The notes below the pieces were generated by a model. That model had not been told where the DNA came from and did not search any database. It saw only the letters and a program-made list of their open reading frames with translations. The translations under genes were made by a program, and so were the position numbers. From NCBI GenBank assembly GCA_900320245.1, contig ONRP01000008.1, positions 25,254 through 89,253 of the forward strand: 64,000 nucleotides of DNA, in the 5' to 3' direction. This DNA is from an uncultured Prevotellaceae bacterium. GTDB lineage: Bacteria > Bacteroidota > Bacteroidia > Bacteroidales > Muribaculaceae. How positions within the stretch are numbered: the stretch's first letter is position 1; every line of letters starts with the position of its first letter. Of this stretch, positions 54,167 through 63,276 are shown in pieces.

Positions 54167-55564
54167 ATGCAATTTGACACCTACACCTACGCCCTGTTCC
54201 TGCCGATAGTGTTTTTCATCTATTGGGCTTTGCGGCGTCGGCTCAAGGGCCAAAACCTGTTCCTGCTGTTTGCCAGTTACCTCTTCTACGGCTGGTGGGA
54301 CTGGCGCATGCTGAGCCTCATCATGCTCACAACGCTGTCCACCTGGTTCACGGCACTGATGATGAAGGGCGGGCGCTGCCGCAGCGACAAGTGGTGGGCC
54401 GCTGCCAATATTGTGCTCAACATGGGCATACTGGGCGTGTTTAAGTACCTTAACTTCCTGCGCGACAGTTTTGTGCATCTGCTGGGCTTGTTCGGCCTCT
54501 CGCCCGACTGGCCGACACTGAACATCCTGCTGCCGGTGGGCATCTCGTTCTATACCTTCCAGGCCATCAGTTACACCCTCGACGTGTACCGCGGCGAGGT
54601 CAAGGCCACGCGCGACGTGGTGGCCTTCAGCGTCTTCATCTCGTTCTTCCCCCAACTGGTGGCAGGCCCCATCGAGCGGGCCATCAACCTGTTGCCGCAG
54701 TTCCAACGCAAGAAGGAGTTTGACTACAACACCGCCGTCACAGGAATGCGCCAGATACTATGGGGCCTTGCCAAGAAGGTAATCATTGCCGACAGCGTGG
54801 GCTACTATGTCGACCAACTGTTCGCCAATCCCTACTCCTATTCGGCCATTGAGATGATATGGGCCGGACTGCTGTTTGCCGTCCAGATTTATGCCGACTT
54901 CTCGGGCTACAGCGACATCGCTATCGGTTCGGCCCGACTGCTCAATATCAGGCTGCAGCCCAACTTCCGCTACCCGTTCTTCTCACGCAACATGAAGGAA
55001 TTGTGGCAGCGGTGGCACATCTCGCTCATGACGTGGTTCCGCCATTACGTCTATTTCCCCCTGGGGGGCTCCCGTCGCGGCAAGTGGCGCACGGCAGTGA
55101 ACACGATGATTGTGTTTGCCCTGTCAGGACTGTGGCATGGTGCCGACTGGACCTTCGTCATCTGGGGCACGGTCAACGGCCTGCTGCTCTTGCCGTTCAT
55201 CTTCATGCCGCGGCGCCGGTTCAGCGAGCACGCCTCATGGCGGGAGTTGCCGCAGTGCATGCTGACGTTCTTCCTCTTTGCGATGGTCTTTATCGCCTTC
55301 CGTGCCAACGGCATTACTCATCTGGGACAAATCTGTTACGTGATTGCCCACGGCTCCTGGCTGGTGCTACCGGCCTTCAGCGAGGCCATCTGGTACGTCG
55401 TGCCGTTCTTCGTCATCGAGTGGCTGGGCCGCAGGCAGGAATTCCCGCTGGCCCGCCTGCCCTTCCCCACTGCCGTGCGCTGGCTCATCTATTGGGGACT
55501 GCTAATCGGCATCTCGCTGGCGAGCCTCGACCGCGACGCGCAGTTCATCTACTTCCAATTCTAA
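54167..55564 (+). CDS. MBOAT family O-acyltransferase (AlgI/DltB-like)
   Basis: About 465 aa from the Met at 54167, polytopic, with conserved His in the WHISL and LWHGA regions. Confidence 0.8.
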   Translation: MQFDTYTYALFLPIVFFIYWALRRRLKGQNLFLLFASYLFYGWWDWRMLSLIMLTTLSTWFTALMMKGGRCRSDKWWAAANIVLNMGILGVFKYLNFLRDSFVHLLGLFGLSPDWPTLNILLPVGISFYTFQAISYTLDVYRGEVKATRDVVAFSVFISFFPQLVAGPIERAINLLPQFQRKKEFDYNTAVTGMRQILWGLAKKVIIADSVGYYVDQLFANPYSYSAIEMIWAGLLFAVQIYADFSGYSDIAIGSARLLNIRLQPNFRYPFFSRNMKELWQRWHISLMTWFRHYVYFPLGGSRRGKWRTAVNTMIVFALSGLWHGADWTFVIWGTVNGLLLLPFIFMPRRRFSEHASWRELPQCMLTFFLFAMVFIAFRANGITHLGQICYVIAHGSWLVLPAFSEAIWYVVPFFVIEWLGRRQEFPLARLPFPTAVRWLIYWGLLIGISLASLDRDAQFIYFQF

Positions 55565-55781
55565 ACTATTGTTGTCCGTTGAAAAACGGGCAATCTGCTG
55601 TAGCCTGCCGCTTGGCAATCGTTTTGACAGGTTTGAGTTGGCGTGCACACCTGTGGCTTGGCGGTGTGTCATAATTCAACTGTTAGAAATATGACCGCCC
55701 GTAGGGCGGTTAGGGTTCCAGCCTTTGATTTATGACACATCCTCATCCCATTCTGTTTTTACAGGACACTAATAACTGCGA

Positions 55782-55813
55782 CGAGGGCGCACCGGCATTG
55801 CGGTGCGCCCTCG
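55782..55813 (-). terminator. 13-bp GC-rich hairpin downstream of the third C10 gene
   Basis: cgagggcgcaccg / cggtgcgccctcg, with a weak U-tract. Confidence 0.5.
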
Positions 55814-55850
55814 CTGTAGTTGGGCTTACTGGACCCTCACGGGTGGATGA

Positions 55851-58800
55851 TTACCACTGGCCGGTGAGAACGTAAGAGATCAGGGCGGTCACGTCGTTGA
55901 TGTTGACCTGGCCGTCGCCCGATTCCGTCTCGCAGTCGGCTGCCTTGGCGTTATACTCTACATTCTTGCCCAGGACAACGTCAATCAGGCGGGTGACATC
56001 GTCGATGTCAACCTTTTGATCGTTGTTCACGTCACCACGCAGGGCTGCTGCGGCAGACTCTGCATCCTCGTCCAGGACAATCAGCAGGCTGGTGAGGTCT
56101 GATGCCACCACATTGTCGGCATATACCTCAAAGGCGTTGACCGTGCCGTTGGCAGCCTTGACAAAGTGGCTGCCGGCAGCATTCAGGAAGTAAGCATCCT
56201 CAACATTACGCAGGAAGAAATCGCCTACGGTCATGTGATAGGCACCACTGGTGATGGCCGAGGGATTGGGCTTCACGGTCACGTCGGTGCCGGTGAAGAC
56301 GAAGGTCTTGTTGCGCATATCAGTACCATTGGCGCCGTCGTAGGGAGCCACAAAGTAAGGAACATTGGCATCGATGCTCGAGCCCACATAGTCGGCCAGC
56401 AGTTGACCTTCGTCGGCGGTGTCCTCTTCATTAGCGAAGTTGCACACCCACAGGCCCTTGGCGTCATCACGGCTGTGCATCCAGTCGATAGCGGCGCCAT
56501 CGGCGGTAACGGCCGTTGCGGTGAAGGGCAGCACCATCGTGCTCCAACCGCCTTCCTGACCGGCATGGCGGCCCTGAGTGAAGGTGCGCTCATAACTCAT
56601 CGACGACGCAGTGAAGCGGAACGGGGCGCAATAGTCGAAGCCGTGCTTGAGTTGGATGGTGCCTTGGGCAACGTTGCCCTTGATCACATTGCGGCCCTCA
56701 AGACCTGCGGGAACAGCATCGTCACGGCCCAAGTAATACAGGCAGTTAGGATTGGTGTTGGGAACTATCGAATTCATTTCCAGACCCTCAAGATTCACAG
56801 CGGCTGCAGCAGCGGGAACCTGGAAGTTGTCATAGGGTTGGTAACCCAAGCGTTCACCGTCACCGGTCCACACAACCACGCCATGTACAATTTCATAAAT
56901 CTTGGAGTGACCCGGCAGAACGAGGTTCTTGAGCGAGTCGTTCTCGTTGCGGGCATAGATGTTCAAGGCATATTTGTAGCCATAGCCCAGATTATCGAAG
57001 TCGAAATAGAGCGTCTTGGTCGTTCCGGCGGGAATGTCCACAGCCTGGTTCTGGTAAGTCACCATCTCGCCCGTTCCGGTAATCTCATTGATGATGAACA
57101 GGGGAGCCAGCACATACTTGTTATACTCGCCGGCGCCGTTGTTGGTGATATCGACCTTGAAACGGACAAAGTTATCATAGATATACATTTCGTCATCGGC
57201 ACCCAGGGCATTGATGTCCACGCTCAGGTTCATGGCCGACGTGGTGCTGCCGGCGATGGTCACGTGGCCGGTGCCGGGAATCGAGGCAGTCCAGGTGTTG
57301 TCGGCAGTCGACAGATAGGCAGTCTTGGCGCCTGCATTCTGCGGCGTGAAGTTGAAGGTCACCACCTTGGTGCCGCCAGCGGGAATCTCGGTCTCAACAA
57401 CCGTGGTATACTCGCCGTACTCGTCGATCTGCTCACCGCTCACAAACAGGAACAGGCGGCCGCTGAAGCGGTCGGCACTGTTGTTCTTCACAGTGACATT
57501 GCACTGCTCGGGGCTGCTCACCTTGTGCTGGCCCACAAACTCAAAGTTGGTGGACTGCAGGTCGGTGATGGGATGGTCGGTAAACGAACAGGTGTTGCCG
57601 TTGAAGGTCACAGCACAGTAGTAGCGGTCGCTCTCGAGCATGGGAGTCCAGTCATCGGAACCCTGCACCTGGCAGACGGGTTTGATCTTGTAGGTGCCGC
57701 TGGTGATGCCGGCGCCGAAACTGTAGGTCGTCGAACTCTGCGTGTCGGGCCAACTGTCGGTAATCGACAGCGTGGCGCTATAATAACTGGTGCTGGCAAT
57801 GAGTTGCACAAAGTTGTCATTGCTGTCATACAGGGCGATGCCGCGCCTGTACTTGGTGCCGTCGTTGATGTGGTCCTCGGCAGTCACCTTGACATATTTG
57901 CGCTTGGTCAACTTGAAACCTTGAGTCGACGAGTCACGCTCAAACAACGAGGTGCCGCTGCTGTACATGTTGTAGACGGTGAGCACGTGCTCTACCGCTT
58001 CGGGACCGCTGTAACCCGGCTTGATGCCGATGATGGCGGTCTGGTCGATGTTGTAGCCCTCGGCGCTGGTCGAGCCGCCAATGCCGCTCGCACGGGGATT
58101 CAGTACCGACAGGACAAAGTAGCCGTTGCCCATGCCACCCCAACCCCAGTTGATGTGGAAGTAGTCGCCATAGGCATAGCCGTCACACACAAACGAGTGA
58201 CCGCCGCCACTGCCGGCGCGGCCATTGTACACCATGGGGCGACCGGCAGCCAGTTCCTGGTAGATCATCTCTTCCCAGTCGGCCTGCTCATAGTCGCTGC
58301 GGTACACCAGTCGTGCGTCATAGTCAAAATAGGTATTGAAGGCGATGGGGATGTCGGGGTCGCTGGCACCCGAAGCGGTGATGCCATACTGCATCTTGAC
58401 CGAGCAACCCACATAATACATGAGCCACGACACGGCCTCGGTCGAAGCCGTATCCTCCGATCCGGTGTAGTTGTCCCTCATGTTCGTCCAGTCAAACGCC
58501 ATCGGCTCAAGCGTCTCGGTGTCGAAGTAACCGTAACTGAAGTCGCCGTCGGCATAGGTGACCCTATAGGAAGGAATCGTCTGAGTACACTGGCTGGGAT
58601 ACTTGTAGTAATTCATGATCTGGGCCATCGCGGTAGCCACACAGCCCGTGTAGGCAAACTCGCCGATCGTGTCACCGTCCTCGATGCTCATGAACTCGGG
58701 GCAGTGGTTCCAGTAGGGAGTCGCCTGGTCCCAGTTGCTCGTCAGCATCGGCGAGATGCTGTTGCGTGTGGGCTTGGGGGCACGAAGGGTGAAGTCCACC

Positions 58801-59183
58801 TCGTTGATGCCCATCTCGTCGAGAGCGGCAATCTGGCGCGAATAGTTGTCGAGCCACACCTGCATGTTGGCGGGAACGTGGGCAGGGTCAAAACTGCCAT
58901 TGTCGCTGTAACCCAGAATCTGTGTCGTGCGGTTATCACCCGATACGATGACATAGCCATGTCCGCCATCGGTATTGAATACATAATAACTGGGAGAGGA
59001 CGTGGACGACGGGCCGCCTGCATTCATTCGGGGCGCACTGGCGGGAGTGGCCTTCATCGTCACGCCGGGACGGTGCTGGAGCATGAATGCTGCAGCAGCC
59101 CGTTGAGCCTCACTTTGTGTCACCGGCGAAGCCATCGCCGTAGCGGCAAGCAAGAGTGACGCTAAGAAAAGAATTTTCTTCAT
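55851..59183 (-). CDS. C10 family cysteine peptidase with a large beta-rich extension and a C-terminal dockerin-like pair
   Basis: 1110 aa with signal peptide, Cys motif YTGCVATAMAQ, His motif GGHSFVCDGY, then HINWGWGG. The C-terminus is GDVNNDQKVDIDDVTRLI...ESGDGQVNINDVTALISYVL. Confidence 0.85.
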   Translation of the reverse strand: MKKILFLASLLLAATAMASPVTQSEAQRAAAAFMLQHRPGVTMKATPASAPRMNAGGPSSTSSPSYYVFNTDGGHGYVIVSGDNRTTQILGYSDNGSFDPAHVPANMQVWLDNYSRQIAALDEMGINEVDFTLRAPKPTRNSISPMLTSNWDQATPYWNHCPEFMSIEDGDTIGEFAYTGCVATAMAQIMNYYKYPSQCTQTIPSYRVTYADGDFSYGYFDTETLEPMAFDWTNMRDNYTGSEDTASTEAVSWLMYYVGCSVKMQYGITASGASDPDIPIAFNTYFDYDARLVYRSDYEQADWEEMIYQELAAGRPMVYNGRAGSGGGHSFVCDGYAYGDYFHINWGWGGMGNGYFVLSVLNPRASGIGGSTSAEGYNIDQTAIIGIKPGYSGPEAVEHVLTVYNMYSSGTSLFERDSSTQGFKLTKRKYVKVTAEDHINDGTKYRRGIALYDSNDNFVQLIASTSYYSATLSITDSWPDTQSSTTYSFGAGITSGTYKIKPVCQVQGSDDWTPMLESDRYYCAVTFNGNTCSFTDHPITDLQSTNFEFVGQHKVSSPEQCNVTVKNNSADRFSGRLFLFVSGEQIDEYGEYTTVVETEIPAGGTKVVTFNFTPQNAGAKTAYLSTADNTWTASIPGTGHVTIAGSTTSAMNLSVDINALGADDEMYIYDNFVRFKVDITNNGAGEYNKYVLAPLFIINEITGTGEMVTYQNQAVDIPAGTTKTLYFDFDNLGYGYKYALNIYARNENDSLKNLVLPGHSKIYEIVHGVVVWTGDGERLGYQPYDNFQVPAAAAAVNLEGLEMNSIVPNTNPNCLYYLGRDDAVPAGLEGRNVIKGNVAQGTIQLKHGFDYCAPFRFTASSMSYERTFTQGRHAGQEGGWSTMVLPFTATAVTADGAAIDWMHSRDDAKGLWVCNFANEEDTADEGQLLADYVGSSIDANVPYFVAPYDGANGTDMRNKTFVFTGTDVTVKPNPSAITSGAYHMTVGDFFLRNVEDAYFLNAAGSHFVKAANGTVNAFEVYADNVVASDLTSLLIVLDEDAESAAAALRGDVNNDQKVDIDDVTRLIDVVLGKNVEYNAKAADCETESGDGQVNINDVTALISYVLTGQW

Positions 59184-59245
59184 CTGTTGATGTTTGTGTT
59201 AATGTTAATTATAAAGGTTATAAAATAATTTCTCGAAGTGGAGCG

Positions 59246-59253
59246 CAAATGTA
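59246..59253 (-). promoter_or_regulatory. putative -7 box (TACATTTG) for the third C10 gene
   Basis: Matches TAnnTTTG on the minus strand, 63 nt upstream of the ATG. Confidence 0.45.
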
Positions 59254-59332
59254 ATGCATAAAATTAAATTATACAAAAAGAGACATAAAATAATCTCTTA
59301 TGCCTCTTAAAATTAAATACTTTTATGAAATT

Positions 59333-59356
59333 ACGGATTTTAGTTAAAAATCCGTC
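59333..59356 (-). terminator. hairpin terminator after the YitT-family gene
   Basis: acggattttt-agtt-aaaaatccgt. Confidence 0.55.
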
Positions 59357-59364
59357 TGACAAGC

Positions 59365-60294
59365 CTACTCTTGCTGAGTGCCAGTCACAGTGTCTTCATT
59401 GACAGCAGGTTTCTTGCTGTGCGTGCGCACTTTCAATTCGTCAAACCCGTAGCCATACACGCTGTTGACGTTGCTCTGGGTGATGATAGCCTCGCGGTCG
59501 GTCTCCTTGATGATGCGGAAGATGTGCACACTCTCATGCTTGCGGCACATGACCATCAAGATCTTGACGGGTGCCTTGGTGTACCAGCCGGTACCCTCCA
59601 GGACGGTGCAACCACGGTGGGCCTCCTGGATGATGTTGTCGGCAATCTCCTGCCACTTCTTGCTGATGATCTGGAACTGGACGCTCTGGCGTGTGTTATT
59701 GATGACACGGTCGGCAGCCACCGAGTAGATAACCATGAAGATAAGACCATAGACGATCTTGTCGATCGAGTGGAACAGCAGCCATGACGAGCAGATGATG
59801 AGCACGTCACAGTACATCATCGTGCGGCCAAACGACACGGTGCTGTACTTGGCTACCATGGCGGCAATGATGTCGGTGCCGCCCGTGCTGCCGTTGTGGG
59901 TGAACACAACGCCCAAGCCCAGTCCGCACAGCACGGCGCCCAGGATGACGTTCATGAACGTCTGCTGCTCGATAATGGGCGTCGGGAACATGGGTTGTAG
60001 GAAACCTATCAGGATTGTCGAGATTGATGCGCCGATAATCGTGCGCAACACAAACTGCTTGCCCACACTGCGGAAGGCGATGCACAGCAAGATGATATTG
60101 ATGGCATAGTAGGTGATGGCAACATTCCAGTCCAACCAGTAATGCATCAACGCGGAAAGACCGGTCACACTACCAATCACAATCTTCTCGGGCAGGATAA
60201 ATGCCGTAAAACCAAACGCATAGCAAAACAGGCCCAACGTGATCATCACGTAGTCCTTGGCCCAGTTTAAGTATTTTCTTGTCGATTCTGTCAT
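59365..60294 (-). CDS. YitT family membrane protein (DUF2179 C-terminal domain)
   Basis: About 309 aa with 5-6 TM segments and a soluble C-terminal domain. Confidence 0.7.
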   Translation of the reverse strand: MTESTRKYLNWAKDYVMITLGLFCYAFGFTAFILPEKIVIGSVTGLSALMHYWLDWNVAITYYAINIILLCIAFRSVGKQFVLRTIIGASISTILIGFLQPMFPTPIIEQQTFMNVILGAVLCGLGLGVVFTHNGSTGGTDIIAAMVAKYSTVSFGRTMMYCDVLIICSSWLLFHSIDKIVYGLIFMVIYSVAADRVINNTRQSVQFQIISKKWQEIADNIIQEAHRGCTVLEGTGWYTKAPVKILMVMCRKHESVHIFRIIKETDREAIITQSNVNSVYGYGFDELKVRTHSKKPAVNEDTVTGTQQE

Positions 60295-60494
60295 AGCATA
60301 TTCGTAATTGAGCCGCAAAATTACAGAAAAAATTCAGTATTCCGACTTAAAAAAACTGATTATTACCTCTCATACGGCGAAATAGTTGTACCTTTATCGT
60401 GCCCAAACGGGGAAACGACGGCGCACACCGGCTGGCAGCACGGCGCCACTCGGGCATTTACGACAGATAAAACATTATAATAATACTTACTGTT

Positions 60495-60839
60495 ATGATT
60501 TTCAGATTAATTGTTTCGGCACTGGCTGTATTAATCACCGCCTACGCCTTAGACGGCGTGAAGGTCGACCCCTGGTGGTGGGCCGTGATTATCGCCATCG
60601 TGCTCGGTTTTATCAACACCTTCATCAAACCCATCGTCAAGTTCTTTGCCCTGCCCATCAACATCGTCACGCTGGGACTCTTCACCTTTGTCATCAATGC
60701 GCTGATGGTGGAACTGGCGGCATGGGTCATCGGACCTTCTTTCCAGGTCGACAGTTTCTGGTGGGCAATGGCCTTCAGTATTGCGCTGACCATCGTCGGC
60801 TGGCTGCTCAACCTGATTCTCCCCGACAAAAAGAAATAG
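60495..60839 (+). CDS. DUF360 / phage-holin-4_2 family small membrane protein
   Basis: 114 aa with 3-4 TM segments and the N-terminus MIFRLIVSALAVLITAY typical of the family. Confidence 0.65.
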   Translation: MIFRLIVSALAVLITAYALDGVKVDPWWWAVIIAIVLGFINTFIKPIVKFFALPINIVTLGLFTFVINALMVELAAWVIGPSFQVDSFWWAMAFSIALTIVGWLLNLILPDKKK

Positions 60840-60877
60840 AAACAAGAGGAGAGAGAAGTCGCTCGGCAGATGCCCAA

Positions 60878-60912
60878 CTCCTAACTTCTAACTCCTAACT
60901 CCTAACTCCTAT
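60878..60912. repeat. tandem heptamer array CTCCTAA (5 units)
   Basis: Read directly between convergent stops. It shares an identical 28-nt block with 2000-2027. Confidence 0.95.
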
Positions 60913-60920
60913 CTGGAACC

Positions 60921-61550
60921 TCACTCATCCTCAAACTTGATGGCGTTCCTGCTGGTGCTCTCGATGCGACGGTTGCGCCAGCAGCGACGGCACAGCGACA
61001 CGTACTTGTCATCACCGCCAATCTCGACCTGGTTACCGTCGGTAACGATGTTGCCGCTGCTGTCGATGCGGGCATTGATGATGGTCTTGCGGCCACACGA
61101 GCACGTCGACTTCACCTCCTCGATGGTGTCGGCAAGTTCCATCAGGCGACGCGAGCCCTCGAACAGGTGGGACTGGAAATCGGTGCGCAGGCCATAGCAC
61201 ACCACATTCACGCCATAGTCGTCGACGATGCGCGCCAGTTGGTCAATCTGGGACGCAGACAGGAATTGGGCCTCGTCAATCAGGATCCAGTCCTTGACAA
61301 CCAGCGTGCGGTCAAACATCTCCTTCAACATCTCATACAGGTCGCTCTCGGGATAAATCCAGGAGCACTTGCGCTCGATGCCGATGCGTGAGCGGATGAC
61401 ATTGTCATTCTCGCGGTCGTCGATAATGGGCTTCATGCACAGGTACTGCATGCCGCGCTCTTCAAAGTTGTAGGCCTGGGTCAGCAGCAGGGCCGTCTTG
61501 GCCGAACCCATCGTGCCGTACTTGAAATATAATTTTCCTGTCCCGTTCAT
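60921..61550 (-). CDS. tdk: thymidine kinase
   Basis: P-loop GTMGSAKT and a C-terminal zinc-ribbon CSCG...CRRC. Confidence 0.9.
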   Translation of the reverse strand: MNGTGKLYFKYGTMGSAKTALLLTQAYNFEERGMQYLCMKPIIDDRENDNVIRSRIGIERKCSWIYPESDLYEMLKEMFDRTLVVKDWILIDEAQFLSASQIDQLARIVDDYGVNVVCYGLRTDFQSHLFEGSRRLMELADTIEEVKSTCSCGRKTIINARIDSSGNIVTDGNQVEIGGDDKYVSLCRRCWRNRRIESTSRNAIKFEDE

Positions 61551-61882
61551 GTCGTGATGTAATAATAGTCTCAGTCTCTAGTCAATCCTTGCCCTGCCGG
61601 CTCGATGCGACAAGGCCGACAACAAAGTTACTCTTTTCCCGCCACACCGCTGCACGATTACCCACAAAAAAGTTATTAACACTGCACCACCGTCAGCCAA
61701 AATCCTTGCCAGCATTGCTTCCTGCATTGCAGGGACACAAAATCTTGCGTCTCCAGCCTCGACAATGCCTCGATAATTGAATAGAAATTTGGCGCCCGCC
61801 GACTGTGAGTATCCTAAAAAACGGTTGAATTACCGCAACAGTAATCCAACCGCGTATGACTATAAAAGACGGGGAAAATGCG

Positions 61883-62545
61883 TCAACCGAAACAAGCAAA
61901 AACCAAATACATCAACGGCCAGGCTTTCTTTAAATCCCTCCCTGTCAAATTGTATATGAGGCCAAATAATAAGGCCAGAACAAAGGCGATGAGTGCTATG
62001 AAAACATCACCCTTTGTAATATAGTGGCCCAGACCCCATGTAAGTCCTAATATCAGTCCTCCCCAAGGGAACATATTTTGTTTGCCTGAAAAGACCGTGA
62101 TTGCCTGTTGAGACAGACTGATGATTAAGCCACTCAAAAGCATTTCAAAAAGGTAATAGACGTACTGTAAGGTAAAAAATGTCGAAGATGCTGCTTTGAA
62201 AGTCCTCACAAAGCCAGGTCCACCATTGATAATCGACAAGACCACAGCAAATATCACAGGCAGCACAACACCAAGAATCAGCTGCCACCTGGAAGGTGTG
62301 GAATGTGGCTCAAATACATTGAATGAACAAAGTCTTTTGCTAAGCAAAATTACTAAAATGGACACTATCAGCCACACTGGAATTATGATTTGCCAATGTT
62401 GAATCAGTTGACTAACGCTAAATTGTGCTATATCTATCCCATTGATATGCCGCTCTATAAGCATCAATACAAATTCTGCACACAAACCCAGAAAAGCCAA
62501 TAGAGCTAACAAAATAAAACTAATGTTCTTTTTGAATAACATCAT
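61883..62545 (-). CDS. polytopic membrane protein, possibly a degenerate CPBP (CAAX protease / bacteriocin-immunity) family member
   Basis: 220 aa with about 6 TM segments. The spacing of FEMLL, GLGHY and IYNL resembles CPBP motifs 1-3, but key residues are missing. Confidence 0.35.
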   Translation of the reverse strand: MMLFKKNISFILLALLAFLGLCAEFVLMLIERHINGIDIAQFSVSQLIQHWQIIIPVWLIVSILVILLSKRLCSFNVFEPHSTPSRWQLILGVVLPVIFAVVLSIINGGPGFVRTFKAASSTFFTLQYVYYLFEMLLSGLIISLSQQAITVFSGKQNMFPWGGLILGLTWGLGHYITKGDVFIALIAFVLALLFGLIYNLTGRDLKKAWPLMYLVFACFG

Positions 62546-62635
62546 CGTTTTCGTGCTATAATTGATATTTAACGTTTACAAAGGTAGGCATTCTTTAGCT
62601 ACCTACGCTTTCTTTTCGGTTGTTTATTGTTCATG

Positions 62636-62709
62636 AGGCGCCGGTACTCGTCCTGCGCCTTTTATCATTTTGGTATAAGTTCTTCAACCGCGTATGCCTT
62701 GAAAAGACG
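62636..62709. repeat. roughly 74-bp element immediately downstream of a minus-strand stop codon (copy B)
   Basis: Aligns at roughly 75% to 63190-63260. Its last 27 nt also align to 61845-61871. Confidence 0.7.
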
Positions 62710-62720
62710 ATAAGTATTTG

Positions 62721-63023
62721 TCAATACTTGCCCCACATAAAAGAGCAATCGTTACATCGATATTTGGGAGAGTCATCGTCTATAACACATCCTCCTGGGA
62801 TAAGTACACCCTCTTCTACTTTTGCTAAAGTAATGGAGTCCTCGAATTCTGGATCATATTCCCCATAAAAGAATGTGCCAACATTTGTGCTTTTACACTT
62901 AGGACATCGGTCTCCCCCATAAAGGTCATATGGGGATATGTTGAAAACGATGAAACATATTACTATCAATATAATAGTGGTAATAATTGTGGAAGTAATC
63001 ACAATACCTTTTTTCTTGTTCAT
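62721..63023 (-). CDS. hypothetical membrane-anchored zinc-ribbon protein
   Basis: 100 aa with an N-terminal TM helix and CPKC...CNDC. Confidence 0.5.
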   Translation of the reverse strand: MNKKKGIVITSTIITTIILIVICFIVFNISPYDLYGGDRCPKCKSTNVGTFFYGEYDPEFEDSITLAKVEEGVLIPGGCVIDDDSPKYRCNDCSFMWGKY

Positions 63024-63121
63024 ACGATTTAGTGTAATTATTTAATATCGTGCAAATGTAGTGTTATTTGCTCTAAACACTACATTTTCTTATCTTTTGG
63101 TGTTTTATTGACTTCGTCTTC

Positions 63122-63180
63122 AATGCTCACGCTCGGCAATATTCAAGAAAACTTGACATTGCTCTCGCTTACTCGCATTG
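63122..63180. repeat. conserved hairpin element, copy 4
   Basis: gcaatattcaag-aaaa-cttgacattgc. The loop-proximal pairs changed in a compensatory way relative to copies 1-3. Confidence 0.7.
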
Positions 63181-63189
63181 GTGTTCTTT

Positions 63190-63260
63190 AGGCGCTGGTA
63201 TTTGCCCAGACTTTTATAATTTTGGAAAAGTTGCTCAACCGATTAGACCTTGAAAAGTCG
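63190..63260. repeat. roughly 71-bp element immediately downstream of a minus-strand stop codon (copy C)
   Basis: Aligns to 62636-62709. Confidence 0.7.
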
Positions 63261-63276
63261 CAACTTTATCTTATCA

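Noticed and set aside
56166-59159. A 997-aa ORF on the plus strand, very long and uninterrupted.
   Set aside because: It is the codon-aligned antisense shadow of the C10 peptidase gene (55851-59183, minus strand). That gene has a signal peptide, catalytic Cys and His motifs and a dockerin-like tail. The plus-strand product is G/A/V/R-rich with no recognisable motif. Avoidance of TTA, CTA and TCA codons in the real gene explains the lack of stops.
60495-60839. The holin-family small membrane protein as evidence for a prophage.
   Set aside because: No other phage-like gene (lysin, capsid, terminase or integrase) is nearby. DUF360-type proteins are common chromosomal genes.
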